A program made the translations under genes and the position numbers. A model generated the notes under the pieces. It was not told where the DNA came from, made no database searches, and saw nothing but the letters and a program-made list of their open reading frames with translations. Below are positions 24,915 through 27,804 of a stretch of 27,804 nt of DNA, piece after piece. Source of the stretch: a virus (Duplodnaviria > Caudoviricetes); IMG/VR virus record IMGVR_UViG_3300032218_001620, positions 1 to 27,804 of that record; one strand, written 5' to 3'. How positions within the stretch are numbered: position 1 is the stretch's first letter; each line of letters opens with the position of its first letter.

Positions 24915-25571
24915 TTATACTGACGCTGCGGGAGCAGAGAACTGGTTATTAGAAATCTGTACTTGAACGATTGTGTAAGCATCGCCCCATTGGTTTGTTT
25001 CACCAAATGGGAATGCTGCTTCACGTCCAAGACCGACCACGCGTACTTGACCTAATGTATCTGTACCAACAGGGGATGATGCTAAAGCTGTGGTAGAGAA
25101 GCCAGCACCGCCGTTACCAATGGCATAGCCACTAGCTGCGTTGTTGGTTGCATCAAAGTTGTATTCTTGGCCAATAGAAGCATTGTCCGCAGAACCATTG
25201 ACTTGAATCTCATACACCAATGCTGGATCAGCAAAAATCCAAAATACGATTTCTGTAGAAGCTAATAGAGTTGTTTTAGCAGCCCATTTAGCGACAGAAC
25301 GACGACCTTGGGAATCAGTGAACTCAACACCGTCAAAAGAACCATAAACACCGCGCGTTGCTGCTGCATTTGCTGCGATTGTTAATTGTCCTGCTGTAGT
25401 GATTGCTACTGGGGTATATTGGTAAAAAGCCTGTCCGTCTTCTAAGCTAAACGGAGCAGTATAGTTGCTGCCCTGAATGTAGGTATTGGTACCTACAAAT
25501 GGGACTGAGCGATCTAAACCACTTGGATGGTAAGCAGGCTTCAGACCAAAGGGAATAAATGTTGTTGCCAT
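24915..25571 (-). CDS. Capsid decoration/cement-like protein
   Basis: 218 aa; PFGLKP N-terminus, G.F.GVEFTD..G, DP.LVYEIQ; immediately upstream of the capsid gene. Confidence 0.6.
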   Translation of the reverse strand: MATTFIPFGLKPAYHPSGLDRSVPFVGTNTYIQGSNYTAPFSLEDGQAFYQYTPVAITTAGQLTIAANAAATRGVYGSFDGVEFTDSQGRRSVAKWAAKTTLLASTEIVFWIFADPALVYEIQVNGSADNASIGQEYNFDATNNAASGYAIGNGGAGFSTTALASSPVGTDTLGQVRVVGLGREAAFPFGETNQWGDAYTIVQVQISNNQFSAPAASV

Positions 25572-25605
25572 TTAATTTGTTTCCTTTGTTTTGAAGAAAT
25601 GTTAT

Positions 25606-26157
25606 TTAGAAACGAATATTACTATTCGCCTTTGCGGCCTCTTTTTCCATATCCAAAATACCACCTTCGAGAATTGATCTACCGCCTTTACCTTCTTGAG
25701 CAGAGCTCCGAACGTTTGCGGTAATGTTTTGTTGGTGCGCGAGAGGATCCTCGAGGTGCAACATCTTCATCACTTCTTGATAGATTTCTTCTGGTAACTT
25801 AAAGAGAACCATTTCGTTACAGCTAACACAGCCTTCAAACTTGCCCGAGCTCATTTTACCTAGTCCTTCAAAGCCTTTTCCTAAATCTGAGGCTTTAACT
25901 GGCTCATAACCCAACGCCATACGTTTGTCGATACTGTCATAATTGTTTGTGGTGGATAACCAACACAAATGCATTCCCGGGATGATATCCTGGGGTAGGT
26001 CTGGCAGTGCGCTATTTTGCCATTTATCCCTGAACGCTTCTGCACGTTCGCGCTTACTTTGGTTTGACGGATCTGCTTCTGCCATCCGTTCTTTAGTTTC
26101 TTGTACTCGATCTGCAATGCGATCTTCTAAGTCACGTTTAATTCTTGTATTTGCCAT
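25606..26157 (-). CDS. Head-module hypothetical protein
   Basis: 183 aa; LP..PGMHLCWL...R...GYEPV...MVLFKLPEE; lies between scaffold and decoration genes. Confidence 0.7.
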   Translation of the reverse strand: MANTRIKRDLEDRIADRVQETKERMAEADPSNQSKRERAEAFRDKWQNSALPDLPQDIIPGMHLCWLSTTNNYDSIDKRMALGYEPVKASDLGKGFEGLGKMSSGKFEGCVSCNEMVLFKLPEEIYQEVMKMLHLEDPLAHQQNITANVRSSAQEGKGGRSILEGGILDMEKEAAKANSNIRF

Positions 26158-26162
26158 GATAA

Positions 26163-27143
26163 TTAACCTTTATTTTCACGATCATACGACGCATATGCGC
26201 GGATCATTTTGTTTCGTTTTTCTACATCGTCCCATGAACCAGCGTCTTTAATTGCTTGAACCCGTTCACGAGAAAGTGTGATGGTTCCAGCTTTTGGACT
26301 GGTTGTGTTTGCAACCCGACTTGATGCTGTTGGATTTGCTCGTTTCACAGAGCCTCCTTTTGAAGTATATCTGTGTGGTAAACGAGAGGACAAACGACTA
26401 TCTAACTCTTCCCAATACTCAGAATCACTAGGATCCCAACCATCGGCTGCGAGTTCTTGGTCAATTACTTTGGCAATTCTACTATCTGTATCTCGAGCTT
26501 GCGGATCATACCAAGCGTTCTTTTTTAACCAGCGAGTAGCGTTTTCTTGTACTTCGTTACTGACTGGGTTAGGAACATTTTGCTTGGGCGCTTTTGCTTG
26601 TTCAACTTGTTGTTTTTTGTAATGCTGAGCTTGATTCAAACGCTGTTTGGCATCTGTCAATTGCTCTAAATATTCCATCTGAGCATTTACATCGTTTGCT
26701 TGAGCTGCTTGCACCATCTTCATTTTAGCGTATTCAACACGAGTAGCTTCGTCTTCAATAGACTTGTCAAGCTGTGCAAATTGGTAAGATGTTGCTGTAC
26801 TTTCTACTTTAGCAAGGCGTTCTGCTAAATCTGCATTATGTCGCTCAAGCATTTTAATCTTGTTTTGTGCCGAGAAATCACGCTGTTTTTTTAATTCTTT
26901 TTTGAGTCTGCGTTCTTCTCTACGGGCTTCACGGATTGCTTCACGCTCATCATCTGAGATATCATCAGATTCATCCGCATCTGTGTCAGCATCTTCTTCA
27001 CGCTCTTCATCAGTGCGTTCATCAGGCGGTGCTGCTACTTCTATGCCTTCTTCTTCTACTGTATCTGGAACTTCTACTTTGGCTAAAACTGAGCCATCTG
27101 CTTGTTCCTTAATAGGAACATCTTTCTTTTCATTATCTGCCAT
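26163..27143 (-). CDS. Probable scaffolding protein
   Basis: 326 aa; acidic N-terminus, long coiled-coil, W...N.W motif, short C-terminal helices; upstream of capsid genes. Confidence 0.6.
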   Translation of the reverse strand: MADNEKKDVPIKEQADGSVLAKVEVPDTVEEEGIEVAAPPDERTDEEREEDADTDADESDDISDDEREAIREARREERRLKKELKKQRDFSAQNKIKMLERHNADLAERLAKVESTATSYQFAQLDKSIEDEATRVEYAKMKMVQAAQANDVNAQMEYLEQLTDAKQRLNQAQHYKKQQVEQAKAPKQNVPNPVSNEVQENATRWLKKNAWYDPQARDTDSRIAKVIDQELAADGWDPSDSEYWEELDSRLSSRLPHRYTSKGGSVKRANPTASSRVANTTSPKAGTITLSRERVQAIKDAGSWDDVEKRNKMIRAYASYDRENKG

Positions 27144-27162
27144 ACTTTTCTTTCAAAAGTGA

Positions 27163-27603
27163 TTAATCTACAAACGCTTTCATTTTTTGTGCAGCTTCAA
27201 ACGATTTGATCTTAGAGATCACTTCACGCGCCTGTAGTGTAATAAACACCACTGGAGCGCCTTCATCGTCGGGTTGCACAACAAAACGGTCGCCGCCGTA
27301 CTTGATAGTACGAACTAAGTCACCAACATTACACCAAGAGCCTTCTGGCCAAGGAGTAAGATCATCTGGGTTTTTATACGCCAGTGGACCAATGCCAATT
27401 ACTTTAGCTACTGTTTCGTTAAAACGTAAGGTCTGTCTGGTCTCTTCTACTAGGAAGATACCGCCTTTACTTAAAGTCTTTTCTCGGCGCAGTTGCACCA
27501 ATACTCGGTCTCCAAGAATCTCTACACCAGGGTCTACGTCTGGAAAGCATTCCTGCTCTGTACGCAAATCTGGCTCATCTTTACTATTAAAATCAATTGG
27601 CAT
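27163..27603 (-). CDS. groES: GroES/Cpn10-like co-chaperonin
   Basis: LGDRVLVQ....T.SKGGIFL...AKVIGIGP...VGDLV...KYGG matches the Cpn10 signature; GGAG RBS. Confidence 0.85.
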   Translation of the reverse strand: MPIDFNSKDEPDLRTEQECFPDVDPGVEILGDRVLVQLRREKTLSKGGIFLVEETRQTLRFNETVAKVIGIGPLAYKNPDDLTPWPEGSWCNVGDLVRTIKYGGDRFVVQPDDEGAPVVFITLQAREVISKIKSFEAAQKMKAFVD

Positions 27604-27633
27604 ACGCCAACTCTCCTTACACCATACGGTGCT

Positions 27634-27804
27634 TTAGTTTTCATCGTCCTCGGTTAAGAGGGCTTCTAGGATCGCAAAAGATTGTTTTAAGCCATCACGA
27701 TTACCCAACACTCTTTGATAAGAATCAAAGTTGTGGATATTGGAACCGGAAGCTAATACTTCGGTTATTTCTTTGTCCGCTTCTTTCAAGCGGCTAATGT
27801 ACTC
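27634..27804 (-). CDS. Partial small hypothetical protein (5' end outside window)
   Basis: Hand translation: EYISRLKEADKEITEVLASGSNIHNFDSYQRVLGNRDGLKQSFAILEALLTEDDEN-stop. Confidence 0.7.
   Translation of the reverse strand, partial: EYISRLKEADKEITEVLASGSNIHNFDSYQRVLGNRDGLKQSFAILEALLTEDDEN

Overview
This is a tailed dsDNA bacteriophage segment (podovirus-like layout; Gram-negative host inferred from spanins). It covers most of the virion morphogenesis region, and all credible genes are on the minus strand and tightly coupled. Order of transcription, right to left: GroES-like co-chaperonin, probable scaffold, decoration-like protein, major capsid protein, small head/Ig-domain proteins, a 1181-aa (Gly-X-Ser)n fibre, three glycosyltransferase genes (GT2-methyltransferase fusion, GT2 fused to a GT9-like N-lobe, separate GT9-like C-lobe), a second (Gly-X-Ser)n fibre, small fibre-tip proteins, an HNH endonuclease, a lysis cassette with an unannotated nested Rz1 lipoprotein, three small Lys/Gly-rich proteins, two adaptor-like proteins, tail and nozzle proteins, and internal/ejection proteins. 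The best candidate for a novel system is a phage-encoded virion glycosylation module: proline-free, serine-in-Y-position collagen-like fibres flank a glycosyl/methyltransferase cassette. That cassette sits behind a conserved bipartite motif (TTTAGG-N20/21-GYATWAGTAGNTRTAG) found three times in the window. Family calls come from motif recognition by eye; no database searches were run.
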